Shown here: positions 50,084-59,996 of the stretch, in pieces
How the letters are laid out: each line of letters begins with the position of its first letter
Numbering within the stretch: the stretch's first letter is position 1
Translations under genes and position numbers: made by a program
Source of the DNA: a bacterium
GTDB lineage: Bacteria; UBA8248
Length of the DNA: 64,000 nucleotides
Assembly (NCBI GenBank): GCA_965219955.1
Contig: OZ244799.1
Location: forward strand, 2,112,001-2,176,000
Direction: 5' to 3'
Notes under the pieces: generated by a model
What the model was told of the DNA's origin: nothing
What the model saw: only the letters and a program-made list of their open reading frames with translations
Databases searched by the model: none

Positions 50084-51940
50084 TTAGAGTAACTCCTCAA
50101 TCTTGGTAATCAGTTCGCCGACCTTGAAGGGCTTGCCCTGAATTTTGTTGAAGCTGATCGTGTCGATCAGATACTGGTAGCGGAGCATCTTGGAGAGCTG
50201 CCCGAGGTTCAACTCGGGGACGAGGATTTTTTCGAAATTGCCGAGTACTTCTTCGAGGTTCGCCGGGAAGGGGTTGAGATGCCTCAGGTGAACCTGCGAT
50301 ACGGAGGCGCCGCGGGCCTGCAAGGCCTCGATCGCCGCCGTGATGGCGCCGAAGGTTCCACCCCAGCCGATGACGAGGACCTTGCCGCTCTCCTCGCCGA
50401 TGACCTTCGCGGGCGGGATGTCCTTCGCGATGCCTGCGATCTTCGCGTCGCGCGTACGCACCATGAACTCGTGGTTCTCGGGTTCGTAGTTGACGTTGCC
50501 GGTCTGGTCTTCCTTCTCGATTCCGCCGATCCTGTGCTCGAGCCCGGGCGTTCCGGGGATCGCCCACGGGCGGGCCATCGTTTCCGGGTCGCGAAGATAG
50601 GGCAGGAACCCTTCCGGGTCCGTGCGGAAGGTCACCGGCATCTCGGGAATATCCGCCGCCTTGGGCAGCAGCCAGGGTTCGGACCCGTTGGCCAGGTAGC
50701 CGTCGCTCAGGATCACGACGGGCGTCATGTATTTCACCGCCAGGCGGCTCGCCTCTATCGCCGTCCAGAAGCAGTCCCCCGGCGTGGCCGCCGCCACGAC
50801 CGGCAGCGGGCTTTCGCTGTTGCGCCCGAACATCACCTGAAGCAGGTCGGCCTGCTCGGTCTTCGTGGGAAGGCCCGTGCTGGGGCCGCCGCGCTGGATG
50901 TTGGCGATGACCATGGGAAGCTCCGTCATCACGCCCAGGCCCATGGCTTCGGCCTTGAGGGCGATGCCGGGGCCGCTCGAACACGTCACGCCTAGCGAGC
51001 CGGTGAACGAAGCGCCGAGGGCCGCGGAGACGGCGGCGATCTCGTCTTCCGCCTGGAAGGTTTGCACGCCGAAATTCTTGTGGCGGGAGAGTTCGTGGAG
51101 AACGTCGCTGGCCGGCGTAATCGGATAGGCGCCCCAGAAGAGGTTGATCCCCATCTTCTTCGTCGCCGCGATGAAGCCGTAGGCCAGGGCGACGTTGCCC
51201 GAGATGTTCCTGTACTTGCCGGCCGGATAGGTGGCCTCGCGCACGATGTAGTTGCTGGTGAATACCTCGGTGTTCTCGCCGAAGAAATAACCCGCCTCGA
51301 GCGCGCGCGTGTTGGCCTGCACGAACTCGGGTCGTTTTCCGAATTTCTCCTCGATCCACTCCCTGGTCGGCTCCAGCGGGCGCGAGTACATCCAGTACAT
51401 GAGCCCCAGCGCGAAGAAGTTCTTGCACCGATCCGCCAGGTTGGACTGAAGCTCCATGTCTTCGAGGGCCTGGCGCGTCATGGAGGTGATCTTCACCTCG
51501 TGGACGTCATAGTTGCCCTTGAACTCCTCATCCTCGAGCGGGTTGGACTCATAGCCGGCCTTGGCCAGGTTCTTCGGGCCGAAGTTGTCCACGTTGGCGA
51601 TGATGATGCCGCCGCTCTTCAAATCGCCGATGCTCGTCTTGAGCGCGGCGGGGTTCATCGCCACCAGCACGTCCACGGCGTCGCCCGGGGTATGGATGTC
51701 CCTGCTCGAGAAATTGATCTGGAACCCGCTCACTCCGGCCAGCGTCCCGACCGGGGCGCGAATCTCGGCGGGAAAGTCGGGGAACGTGCTCAGATCGTTC
51801 CCGGCGACGGCCGCCGCGTTCGTGAACCTGTCCCCGGTGAGCTGCATCCCGTCGCCGGAGTCGCCGGCGAAGCGAATCGCCACCGTTTCGAGTTCAACAA
51901 GCTGCTTCTCAGCCCCGTTTTTACCTGAAGACTCAGCCAT
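50084..51940 (-). CDS. korA: 2-oxoacid:ferredoxin oxidoreductase alpha subunit (gamma-fused)
   Basis: AGDSGDG, AEIR, YPITPAS, QAEDE, SGPG, QRGGPSTGLPTK, ELNLGQL. Confidence 0.93.
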   Translation of the reverse strand: MAESSGKNGAEKQLVELETVAIRFAGDSGDGMQLTGDRFTNAAAVAGNDLSTFPDFPAEIRAPVGTLAGVSGFQINFSSRDIHTPGDAVDVLVAMNPAALKTSIGDLKSGGIIIANVDNFGPKNLAKAGYESNPLEDEEFKGNYDVHEVKITSMTRQALEDMELQSNLADRCKNFFALGLMYWMYSRPLEPTREWIEEKFGKRPEFVQANTRALEAGYFFGENTEVFTSNYIVREATYPAGKYRNISGNVALAYGFIAATKKMGINLFWGAYPITPASDVLHELSRHKNFGVQTFQAEDEIAAVSAALGASFTGSLGVTCSSGPGIALKAEAMGLGVMTELPMVIANIQRGGPSTGLPTKTEQADLLQVMFGRNSESPLPVVAAATPGDCFWTAIEASRLAVKYMTPVVILSDGYLANGSEPWLLPKAADIPEMPVTFRTDPEGFLPYLRDPETMARPWAIPGTPGLEHRIGGIEKEDQTGNVNYEPENHEFMVRTRDAKIAGIAKDIPPAKVIGEESGKVLVIGWGGTFGAITAAIEALQARGASVSQVHLRHLNPFPANLEEVLGNFEKILVPELNLGQLSKMLRYQYLIDTISFNKIQGKPFKVGELITKIEELL

Positions 51941-52158
51941 TGGTTTGAATGTCCTTTAATTGGATGTATCTGGTTAAGGGTAATACGTGGAGGGTTTTAT
52001 TCACTGAGAAATACCATATGTCATGCATGTCTTTTTTTGGCATGTCCATTTGAGTCCGAGTGGCGATTCATACATCAACCAGCCGAGCGCGAATTATGCG
52101 GAAATCCATTAAAGCCGTCAACGCAAAGTCAACCTTTTTTTCAAAAAAATCAAATACA

Positions 52159-52740
52159 TCAGCCCGCACGAGAGCCGTCGAGGCCCAGGTCCTCGGCCGC
52201 CCCCTGCATGGCCTCCAGCGTGAAGGCGACGTGCTCCTCCAGGGGCACCCCGAGCTCGGAGGCTCCAAGCTCCACGTCCGCCCGGTTCACGCCCTTGGCG
52301 AAATTCCTGTCCTTCCACTTTTTCCGTATGCTTCGCGGCTTCACCTGCCGGATGTCCTTCGCCGGATTCACCAGGGCGACGGCGGTGATGAGGCCCACCA
52401 GCTCATCCACGGCGAAGAGCGCCTGGGCGAGGCGCGTCTCCCGGGGGACGTTCAGGTACTGCGCGTGTCCCAGAATGGCCTGAATCATCTCCTCGGGGTA
52501 GCCCGCCTCGCGCAGCACCGCGCAGCCGGTCTCGGGGTGTTCCTCGGGCGAGGGATGCTTTTCGTAATCCATGTCGTGCAGAAGCCCTGTAACGCCCCAA
52601 AGCGCCTCGTCCTCTCCGTATTTTTTCGCATAGGCGCAAAGGGCGGCCTCCACCGCCCGGGCGTGCGCTCTGAGACCCGGGCTTTTGGTCCACTCGAATA
52701 AAAGCGCCTCGGCGCTTGCGCGACTCAGGTCCACGCTCAA
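52159..52740 (-). CDS. HD/HDIG domain protein
   Basis: LRAH..AVE, GLLHDMDYE, H...G, FAKGVNR; GAGGAG RBS before TTG 52740. Confidence 0.88.
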   Translation of the reverse strand: MSVDLSRASAEALLFEWTKSPGLRAHARAVEAALCAYAKKYGEDEALWGVTGLLHDMDYEKHPSPEEHPETGCAVLREAGYPEEMIQAILGHAQYLNVPRETRLAQALFAVDELVGLITAVALVNPAKDIRQVKPRSIRKKWKDRNFAKGVNRADVELGASELGVPLEEHVAFTLEAMQGAAEDLGLDGSRAG

Positions 52741-52932
52741 CTTTTTCTCCTCAAAATAACGAGCCGGATGACAAATCAAACTTCAGTGGTGTCCTTCAAC
52801 CTTGCGCTTCGGCCCGCATCTGTCAAGGCGCGCAGCCTCGCTTGATGCGCTTGGGTTGTGATACATATTCCCCCCGAGATATTTTCCAACAAAATTCCGT
52901 GCAGCGAAAGAAATTTTTTCAGGGAGAAAAAC

Positions 52933-54165
52933 ATGCTCTACAACAGGGAACGCGCGCTGGAACTGATGCGGGAACACGACGTGGCGGCCATGATCGGCAC
53001 GACGCTCGAGAACGTCACCTACCTGACGGGCCACATCGGCTGGGCGCAGCGGGTCTACCGCGCGCGCAAAAGCTACGGCGTCATCACCAGCGACCCGGCC
53101 GCCGGCACCGACCTCATCATGAACCGCGCGGACAACACCTACTACGCCGCCTACGGCGGACACGCGGAGAACGTCTACGTCTGGGGCGGGCAGGCGAACC
53201 ACATCGAACCGGAGGGCTACGAGCCGCATGACGACGAGATGAGGCGCTACCGCGAACTCCACGCCAGCGGAGCCAGGCACGCCACCCTCCTGGACGGCCT
53301 CCTCGCCGCGCTTAAGGACCGGGGCATCACCTCCGGCAGAATCGCCCTGGACGAGGAGGGCTGCCCGGACAGCCTGTTCGAGACTCTGAAAGAAAAACTC
53401 CCCGATTGTGAATTCATCCCCGGCTCGGGCCTGTTTCTGATGACGCGGCTCGTCAAGACGGCGGACGAGCTCGACCGCCTGCGCGAGGCGGCCCAGGTGA
53501 ACGAAGACGCCATCGGAAAAGTCTTTGACTTCCTGCACGAAGGCGTGAGCGAGCGCGAGGTGGCCGAGGTCTGGCGCCAGGAGGTGGCCCGGCCCGGCGG
53601 CATGTGGCACTGGTTCCACTTCAACTCGGGCCCGAGGGGCGTCTTCATCTTCCCGCCCACGGACAGAAAGCTCGAAAAGGGCGACGGCTTCATGTTCGAC
53701 GCGGGGCTTTTTCACAAGAACTACAACGCCGACACGGGAAGCTGCGGCTCCATCGGCGAGCCGAGCGCGCGCGTGCAGCGCGAGTGGAAGGGAATCGACG
53801 AGGGGTTCCACGAGTGCCTGGAGGTCATCAAGGCGGGCTGCACGGGCAACCAGATATACCAGGCGCTCGTGAAGGGGATACAGTCGCGGTTTCCTGAGTT
53901 CGACGCCCCGTTCGCCGGGCACACCATCGGCCTGGAAGCCAGGGAGTTCCCCTTCATCCTGGGGCCGGAATCCAAGCACAATCAGCCGTTCTATCCGACG
54001 ACTTCGGAGATTCCCCTGCCCGTCGATTCGGTGATCAACATCGAGGCGCCCATCGGCACGTTCGGCCTGGGCGGCTACCAGATCGAATACTCGGTCGTCG
54101 TGAAGGAAAACGGCTGGGAGATGCTCATCCCGCAGGACAGGAGCTTCCGCGTCATCGACAAGTGA
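52933..54165 (+). CDS. M24 family metallohydrolase
   Basis: ENVTYLTG, RLVKTADEL, FDAG...Y.AD, GHTIG, NIE, QIE. Confidence 0.88.
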   Translation: MLYNRERALELMREHDVAAMIGTTLENVTYLTGHIGWAQRVYRARKSYGVITSDPAAGTDLIMNRADNTYYAAYGGHAENVYVWGGQANHIEPEGYEPHDDEMRRYRELHASGARHATLLDGLLAALKDRGITSGRIALDEEGCPDSLFETLKEKLPDCEFIPGSGLFLMTRLVKTADELDRLREAAQVNEDAIGKVFDFLHEGVSEREVAEVWRQEVARPGGMWHWFHFNSGPRGVFIFPPTDRKLEKGDGFMFDAGLFHKNYNADTGSCGSIGEPSARVQREWKGIDEGFHECLEVIKAGCTGNQIYQALVKGIQSRFPEFDAPFAGHTIGLEAREFPFILGPESKHNQPFYPTTSEIPLPVDSVINIEAPIGTFGLGGYQIEYSVVVKENGWEMLIPQDRSFRVIDK

Positions 54166-54189
54166 TTTAAGTGGTACAGGTTTCGTAGC

Positions 54190-54950
54190 CTATCGGGCGG
54201 ACACATGGGTCCCCGGACAGGCCACTGTTCCTGTCCGGCTACACCTTTCCGCGTATCGAAGTGAACCTGTAGGGGTTATTCAAAAACCTCTCTCCGCCTC
54301 ATCCTGAGTAGCGGCGAAGCCGCGTATCGAAGGATGCCCTCTCGCCCGGCGCGAGGCGTTCGACTCCCCGCGCCCTTCGATACGCCGCCTTCGGCGGCTA
54401 CTCAGGGTGAGGAAATAGGCGTTGGCGGTTTGCGGGGGTCACAAGCGGGACTTTTTCAACGGCCCCGGTAGGGGCGGTTCGCGAACCGCCCCTACGATCG
54501 AGGTCAGAATTGCCGGAATGACGACCACAGGCATAACCGCCCGTTTTGGAACAACGTAATTCATTCCTGAATGACTGGGTGTTGTGTAAGGACAGGCCCC
54601 CATGCCTGTCCTGAATGTATCCATCCTGAAAAGGACAACCACGGGGGGTTATCCCTACCCTACTCAAGAAGTTGTGTAGGGTCAGACATATATGTCTGAC
54701 ATATCATGCGGCCCTGCCTTTTCGCCTTCACAACGCGGGTCGCATGATATGTGTGGGGCAGCCCCAAGGAGGGGCTGCCACCTACACCCCTTTACTTCCG
54801 TGGTTGAGTGATCACGAAATGAGAAGGGGAGCAGACAAAGAACGATTAACGGCCTTTTGTAGGGACAGGTCGCGACCTGTCCCTACGGAACCCCCTCCCC
54901 TGTTGGATCCACTCGCCACATCACGGAACCAGGATTTTTTCTACAACTCC
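54190..54950. repeat. Composite repeat cluster 13 (inner TIR element at about 54272-54466)
   Basis: CCTGAGTAG inverted pair inside TIR-like ends, with GTAGGGG on both flanks; GTAGGGGCGGTTCGCGAACCGCCCCTAC; GTAGGGTCAGACATATATGTCTGAC; 28-bp palindrome at 54859. Confidence 0.8.
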
Positions 54951-55040
54951 GATAAGCCAACTATTCCTGCTCGTTGACCCAAAGAGAAAAATAAGGTGAG
55001 ATAGGCAAGTCGCCACAATTCTCTATTCTGGAGAACGCCG

Positions 55041-56267
55041 ATGCCCCATCATACCGACTTCATTCCGAGACGCGATTTTATCCGCAAAAGCGCCTTCGCC
55101 GGCCTGGGCGCGGGACTCCTGCCCTTCGCGCGCGCCGCGGAATCAGCGCAGAACCGGGTGCGCCGCTACGTCCCCCTGGGCAAGACGGACATCAAAATGT
55201 CGGACATCTCGTTCGGCAGCAGCCGGCTCGGCTCCGATGAAGAGGACCTCGTCCTCCACGCCCTCGACTTAGGCGTCAACTATTTCGACACCGCCGAGAG
55301 CTACTCCTGGGGGGAATCGGAGACCACGATAGGCCGCGCGCTCAAGGGCAAGCGCGACAAGGTCTACATCGCCTCCAAAACGCACGCGGGACCGAGCGAC
55401 AAAAAAGAGTCGATGATGCGTTCTTTAGAGCAGAGCCTCCAGAAACTCCAGACCGACTACGTGGACGTCTACTTCAACCACGCGGTGAACGACGTGGAAA
55501 GGATGAGCAACCCCGAGTGGAGCGAGTTCGTCGCGCTCGCGAAAAAACAGGGGAAAATCCGCTACTCCGGCATGTCGGGTCATGCGGGCAACCTGATCCA
55601 GTGCCTCGATTACTGCACCGAGAACAGCGTCGTGGACGTGTATCTCATCGCCTACAACTTCGGGCAGGACCCGGCGTTTTACCAGCGCTTCACGCGCGGG
55701 TTCGACTTCATCGCCAGATTCCCGAAGCTGCCCCTGGCGCTTGCGCGGGCGAAGGCCAAGGGCATCGGCGTCATCGCCATGAAGACGCTCATGGGCGCGC
55801 GGCTGAACGACATGCGGCCATATGAAAAAGGAGGCGCCACGTTCTCCCAAGCCGCCTTCCGCTGGGTGCTCTCGAACCCGAACGTGGACTCCCTCATCAT
55901 CTCTATGACGAGCCAGGACAACATCACCGAGTTCGTGGGCGCTTCGGGCTGGAAGAAGATATCGCGCCGCGAGGTGCCGATTCTCAAGAAATACGCGCGG
56001 CTGAACGGAACCTCCTACTGCCGCCATGCGTGCAACGACTGCGCGGGTGCGTGCCCGGAGAACGTACCCATCGCGGACGTGCTTCGCACCCGCATGTACG
56101 CGACGGATTACGAGGACGTGCGATTCGCCAAGGCCGAGTACTCGATGCTGGGCGCGGGCGCATCGGCGTGCCTCACCTGCAGCCACCAGAGCTGCGCGGG
56201 CGCGTGCACGCACGGGCTGCCCATCGAGAAGATGACCGCGCCGACCCACGAACTGCTCACGGTATAG
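55041..56267 (+). CDS. Tat-signal aldo/keto reductase with C-terminal Fe-S motif
   Basis: RRDFIRK twin-arginine; LGVNYFDTAESY, IASK, LQTDYVD; CRHACNDCAGACP and CLTC...C...C. Confidence 0.88.
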   Translation: MPHHTDFIPRRDFIRKSAFAGLGAGLLPFARAAESAQNRVRRYVPLGKTDIKMSDISFGSSRLGSDEEDLVLHALDLGVNYFDTAESYSWGESETTIGRALKGKRDKVYIASKTHAGPSDKKESMMRSLEQSLQKLQTDYVDVYFNHAVNDVERMSNPEWSEFVALAKKQGKIRYSGMSGHAGNLIQCLDYCTENSVVDVYLIAYNFGQDPAFYQRFTRGFDFIARFPKLPLALARAKAKGIGVIAMKTLMGARLNDMRPYEKGGATFSQAAFRWVLSNPNVDSLIISMTSQDNITEFVGASGWKKISRREVPILKKYARLNGTSYCRHACNDCAGACPENVPIADVLRTRMYATDYEDVRFAKAEYSMLGAGASACLTCSHQSCAGACTHGLPIEKMTAPTHELLTV

Positions 56268-56316
56268 GCCGGAGACCTCAGTCGGATCGCGTTAGACGAC
56301 CAAGACCCCTCTGCGC

Positions 56317-57255
56317 ATGGCTGCCTTATCAGTTCACGGGAGACGCCCCATCGACATCGCCATCACGGGCGCGAACGGCGCCGTCGGCAAAGCGCTCATC
56401 GAACGCCTGGGCGGGAATCCGGTCAACGGATCTCCCCGCCTGCGCGCGCTCGTCCGCGACCTGGGCCGGAGCGCGAACCTGCGCGGTCTCCCCGCCGAAC
56501 TGGTGGAAGTGGACTACGACGACGCGGAAAGCCTCTCTCGCGCCGTGGAGGGCGCGGACTGCGTGGCGCATCTGGCGGGTTCGCTGGTCCCGAGAGCGGG
56601 CGATTCCCTGCTCGGGGCGAACCTGCTCACCACGAAGAACGTCGCCGAGGCGAGCCGCGCGCAAGGGGTGAAGTCCTTCGTTTATTTGAGTTTTCCGGGC
56701 GCGGACGCACGCTCTGAAAACGAATACCTGCGGACGAAAGGCCGGGCCGAGGATGTGATCGATGAGAATTTCGCCTCGGGCGCGATATTCCGCGTGCCGA
56801 TGATCCTGGGGGCCGACACCCCCGCGATGAACCAGATAAAACGCCTGCTCAATTCCTCGGTGGTCCCCCTCGTGGCGGGCGGGTCTGTGCGGATACAGCC
56901 GGTATACCTGGGCGACGTCATCGGCGCGATAGAATGGGCGATTCTTCATCCCGAAGCGCCGCTTGCGCGAATGAACCTCGTGGGGCCGGACACTCTCTTC
57001 TACCGTGATCTGCTCATGCGCGCAGGTCTTAGGCTCGGGAAACAGCCGAGAATCCTGACGATCCCGAGGGGACTGGGCAGGGCCGCGTCGAGCATCATCG
57101 GCAGGCTCTCCCCCTCCTCCCCCATGAGCCGGACGGTATTCGATATTATATTCTACGAGCATCTGTGCAGCGATGAGGAAGCCGGAAGCGCCGCGCCCAT
57201 CGCCCGTACCGGCATAGATGAGATTCTGAACCTCTCGCTGCCGCACCAGGAATAG
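56317..57255 (+). CDS. NAD(P)-dependent epimerase/NDUFA9-like SDR
   Basis: ITGANGAVG, HLAG, YLRTK..AE, IQPVY..DV. Confidence 0.85.
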   Translation: MAALSVHGRRPIDIAITGANGAVGKALIERLGGNPVNGSPRLRALVRDLGRSANLRGLPAELVEVDYDDAESLSRAVEGADCVAHLAGSLVPRAGDSLLGANLLTTKNVAEASRAQGVKSFVYLSFPGADARSENEYLRTKGRAEDVIDENFASGAIFRVPMILGADTPAMNQIKRLLNSSVVPLVAGGSVRIQPVYLGDVIGAIEWAILHPEAPLARMNLVGPDTLFYRDLLMRAGLRLGKQPRILTIPRGLGRAASSIIGRLSPSSPMSRTVFDIIFYEHLCSDEEAGSAAPIARTGIDEILNLSLPHQE

Positions 57256-57281
57256 CCGCTTCGTCTTCAAGGAGTTTCGTT

Positions 57282-58223
57282 TTGGAGCAAAACCAGGATA
57301 CGCATCAATCGAGCAAAGCCGGTCGACTCATCCCCATCGCCCTCACGGTCGTGATCTTCGCCGTCATCTTCTGGCGGATTCCGTTCGGCGAGTTCGTCCT
57401 CGCCGTATCGAAGGCGAGGCTGGCACCCTTTCTCGTGCTGATGGGGTGCTTTTCGATCTGCTTTTTCCTGATGGACACCTTCGTCCTGAGCCGGATGATC
57501 CGCTGGTTCCACGGCCCCCTGACGTTCCCGACGCTGCTGCCCGTGCGCGCCGTCACCTACGTCGTCTCCATCATCAACACGCAACTCGCCCAGGTGGCGC
57601 TGGCGCTCTATTTTCACCGCAGGTTCCAGACCCCGCTCGCCGAGATCACGAGCACGGTCGCCATGCTCATCCTGCTCGAAGTCACGAACCTGATCTCCTT
57701 CGCCACGGTCGGCCTCATCGCCTTCCCGGGCGGCGCGCCGCTCTTTCTGTTCGCCCTGCCCGCCGGGCTGGCCTGCTTCTGGCTGCTCATCACCCGGGTG
57801 GCGCGGGGGGGACTGGGCGTGGTCGGCGCGAAAATCGGCGGCCACACCCTCCTCAACACCTTCCGGGCCGTTAAATTCAAACAGGGCGTCACCGTCCTCG
57901 CGCTCAAGGGCTCCGTATTCCTGCTCTCCCTGTTCGTCCACAAATACGCCCTGACGCTCTTCGGGATGGACATACCGCTGCTGCAGCTTCTCACGTTCCT
58001 CCCGCTCGTCTTCATGATCGGGGCGCTCCCGGTGACGGTCGCGCACCTGGGCACTTCGCAGGCCGCATGGATATTCTTCTTCAGCGACTACGCGGCGGAA
58101 GCGGATCTCCTCGCCTACAGCCTCGTCTCCCACCTCACCTTCATGCTGGCGAACGGGACCATCGGCTTGCTGTTCATGCCGAAGGCGTATTCGGACCTGT
58201 TCGGGAAGAAGCGCGCCGCCTGA
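57282..58223 (+). CDS. Lysylphosphatidylglycerol synthase TM (flippase-like) membrane protein
   Basis: Multiple TM segments; LPVTVAHLGT.QAA motif. Confidence 0.75.
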   Translation: MEQNQDTHQSSKAGRLIPIALTVVIFAVIFWRIPFGEFVLAVSKARLAPFLVLMGCFSICFFLMDTFVLSRMIRWFHGPLTFPTLLPVRAVTYVVSIINTQLAQVALALYFHRRFQTPLAEITSTVAMLILLEVTNLISFATVGLIAFPGGAPLFLFALPAGLACFWLLITRVARGGLGVVGAKIGGHTLLNTFRAVKFKQGVTVLALKGSVFLLSLFVHKYALTLFGMDIPLLQLLTFLPLVFMIGALPVTVAHLGTSQAAWIFFFSDYAAEADLLAYSLVSHLTFMLANGTIGLLFMPKAYSDLFGKKRAA

Positions 58224-58226
58224 AGG

Positions 58227-58681
58227 GGGGTTGTTGGGAAAGCCGATTTCGGGAGCGAGCGCACAAGCACCCCAACCTCCTCATCCTGAGTAGGCGCTTC
58301 AGCGCCGTATCGAAGGAGGGGAAAGAACATCCCTCGGCGGATGCGGGGTCTCGCCCTTCGATACGCGGCTTCGCCGCTACTCAGGGTGAGGTCGATATGG
58401 TAGTTGCGGGTTTCGGCCTTTAACAGCATTGTCAACCGACGAGAGAGGAAACACCACTCCCCCTTTGAGGGCCATTTGCAACCGATTAGAGGAAGAATCA
58501 CTCCCCCCTTGAGGGGGAGTCGATGAGCTAAGGGCGCAAGCCCGCAAGCGAATCGGTGGGGGGACATGCCACAGAAAAAGCTCCCCCCACCGAATCGGCC
58601 TTCGCAAAAAACGCTCGGCCTCTTCGACTCCCCCTCAAGGGGGGAGTGATTCCTCTCTCCTCGGACTTTTTCAACAGCCCC
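58227..58681. mobile_element. TIR-bounded composite repeat cluster 14
   Basis: GGGGTTGTTGGGAAAG ... CTTTTTCAACAGCCCC filling the gap between two convergent stops; CCTGAAGG/CCTAAAGG flanks; CCTGAGTAG pair and CACTCCCCCCTTGA unit. Confidence 0.85.
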
Positions 58682-58682
58682 C

Positions 58683-59315
58683 CTAAAGGCTTCTTTGAGG
58701 CGAGCGCGCGTTCCGGATGAGCAGGTACAGGGCGTAGAGAAATACCAGGCGGCCGAGCCAGGGCAGGACGGGCGCAAGCCATTCCCACGATAAACCCGCC
58801 TCGCAGACGATGACGCCCACCAGGGCGTAGAACAAGACCCCCGCCCATTTTCCCGCCGCATCCTCGGGCAGGGACTCATCCGTACTCCCGGCCCCACTCC
58901 GGCAGCGCCACAGGAACTGCGCACCCAGCGCCAGGACGCCCAGGGCGGCCCAGGGGCCGACGCGCCCCGCCCAGGCGGCGGCTGAGAGCGCCGCCGCGTT
59001 GAAGGCGACGTCCGAGATGGCGTCCACCTGCCCCCAGAAATAACTCCTGGCATTTGCGCGCCTCGCCAGCGGGCCGTCCACCAGGTCGCTCAGGACCGCG
59101 TAGACGTAGACGGCGACGAGCAAGACCCGCCACCCCGGGTCGGGCGTGGAACCGATGCGCAGCAACGCCCAGACGAAGGGGGGAATCGCCAGAATCCGCG
59201 CGAGCGTGAGGCCCCTCGCCAGATACGCGAGCTTGTGGTTGATCGATCCCTCCCCACCCACCTGTCTTCCTCCCCGGCGGCCAAGCGCGCCGAAAACGTG
59301 AAAAATTCCGATCAC
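58683..59315 (-). CDS. CDP-alcohol phosphatidyltransferase family protein (start uncertain)
   Basis: LTLARI, SDLVDGPLARR...S.FWG.VDAISD (DG..AR...G...D...D). Confidence 0.85.
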   Translation of the reverse strand: MIGIFHVFGALGRRGGRQVGGEGSINHKLAYLARGLTLARILAIPPFVWALLRIGSTPDPGWRVLLVAVYVYAVLSDLVDGPLARRANARSYFWGQVDAISDVAFNAAALSAAAWAGRVGPWAALGVLALGAQFLWRCRSGAGSTDESLPEDAAGKWAGVLFYALVGVIVCEAGLSWEWLAPVLPWLGRLVFLYALYLLIRNARSPQRSL

Positions 59316-59379
59316 TCTGCCTCAATCGGAGCCGCGGAAAAAGCCTCCTCGCCGGGGCGTCGCCTTTGTCCTCTGATGA

Positions 59380-59844
59380 GGGGTTGTTGAAAAAGCCTGT
59401 TTCGGGATCGGCGGCAAGGAGGTTCACGCGGCGCAGACGTGATGGTTTTGTAGCAGGACAACCCAAAAGGGTTGTCCTGGCCTCCGTGCCTGTCCTGCTC
59501 TTCATGGTTCTCCTTCGTCAGGACAGGCACGGAGGCCTGTCCCTACAGCGAACAATCTCGAAGGTCGGACAGGGCTTTTTCAACAAGCCCCTCAAGGGGG
59601 AGTGATTCCCAAGTGACAAGGATTCCGTAGGGGCGGTCCCCTCCGGCCGCCCGCATCGGGCACGCGATCCCCGTGGTTGCGCTTTATGAGGACAGGCACG
59701 GGGGCCTGTCCCTACGGGACATCCTTCGCCGTCATGCCGGCGAGTCCTCCCGCCTTGGTCGGCGCAGAACCGCCCTCCATCGAGATTCACCTCGACGAAT
59801 CATTGAAACGCCACCTGTAGGGACAGGTCGCGACCTGTCCCTAC
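59380..59844. mobile_element. Composite repeat cluster 15
   Basis: GGGGTTGTTGAAAAAG ... CTTTTTCAACAAGCCC fused to TCAAGGGGGAGTG; GTAG REP doublets; 28-bp palindrome at 59817. Confidence 0.8.
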
Positions 59845-59996
59845 CACGGAATACGGCAAACCCGACAGGAGGAGGCTTATTACCCCCCAAGGCCTTTTCC
59901 TCCATCCTCAATTGACACGCCCGCCGCAAAGTTCTAGCTTTGGACTACCAAAACCACGTTATGAGAAACGCGCATCATCTCAAGTGAGGAATCTTC

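Noticed and set aside
52013-52050. CATATG/CATGCATG motifs upstream of korA as a regulator site
   Set aside because: Short palindromes with no second matching copy in the window; cannot be supported.
7051-59844. Repeat clusters as CRISPR arrays
   Set aside because: Units are inverted pairs from mixed families with irregular spacing; there is no constant repeat-spacer period and no cas gene.
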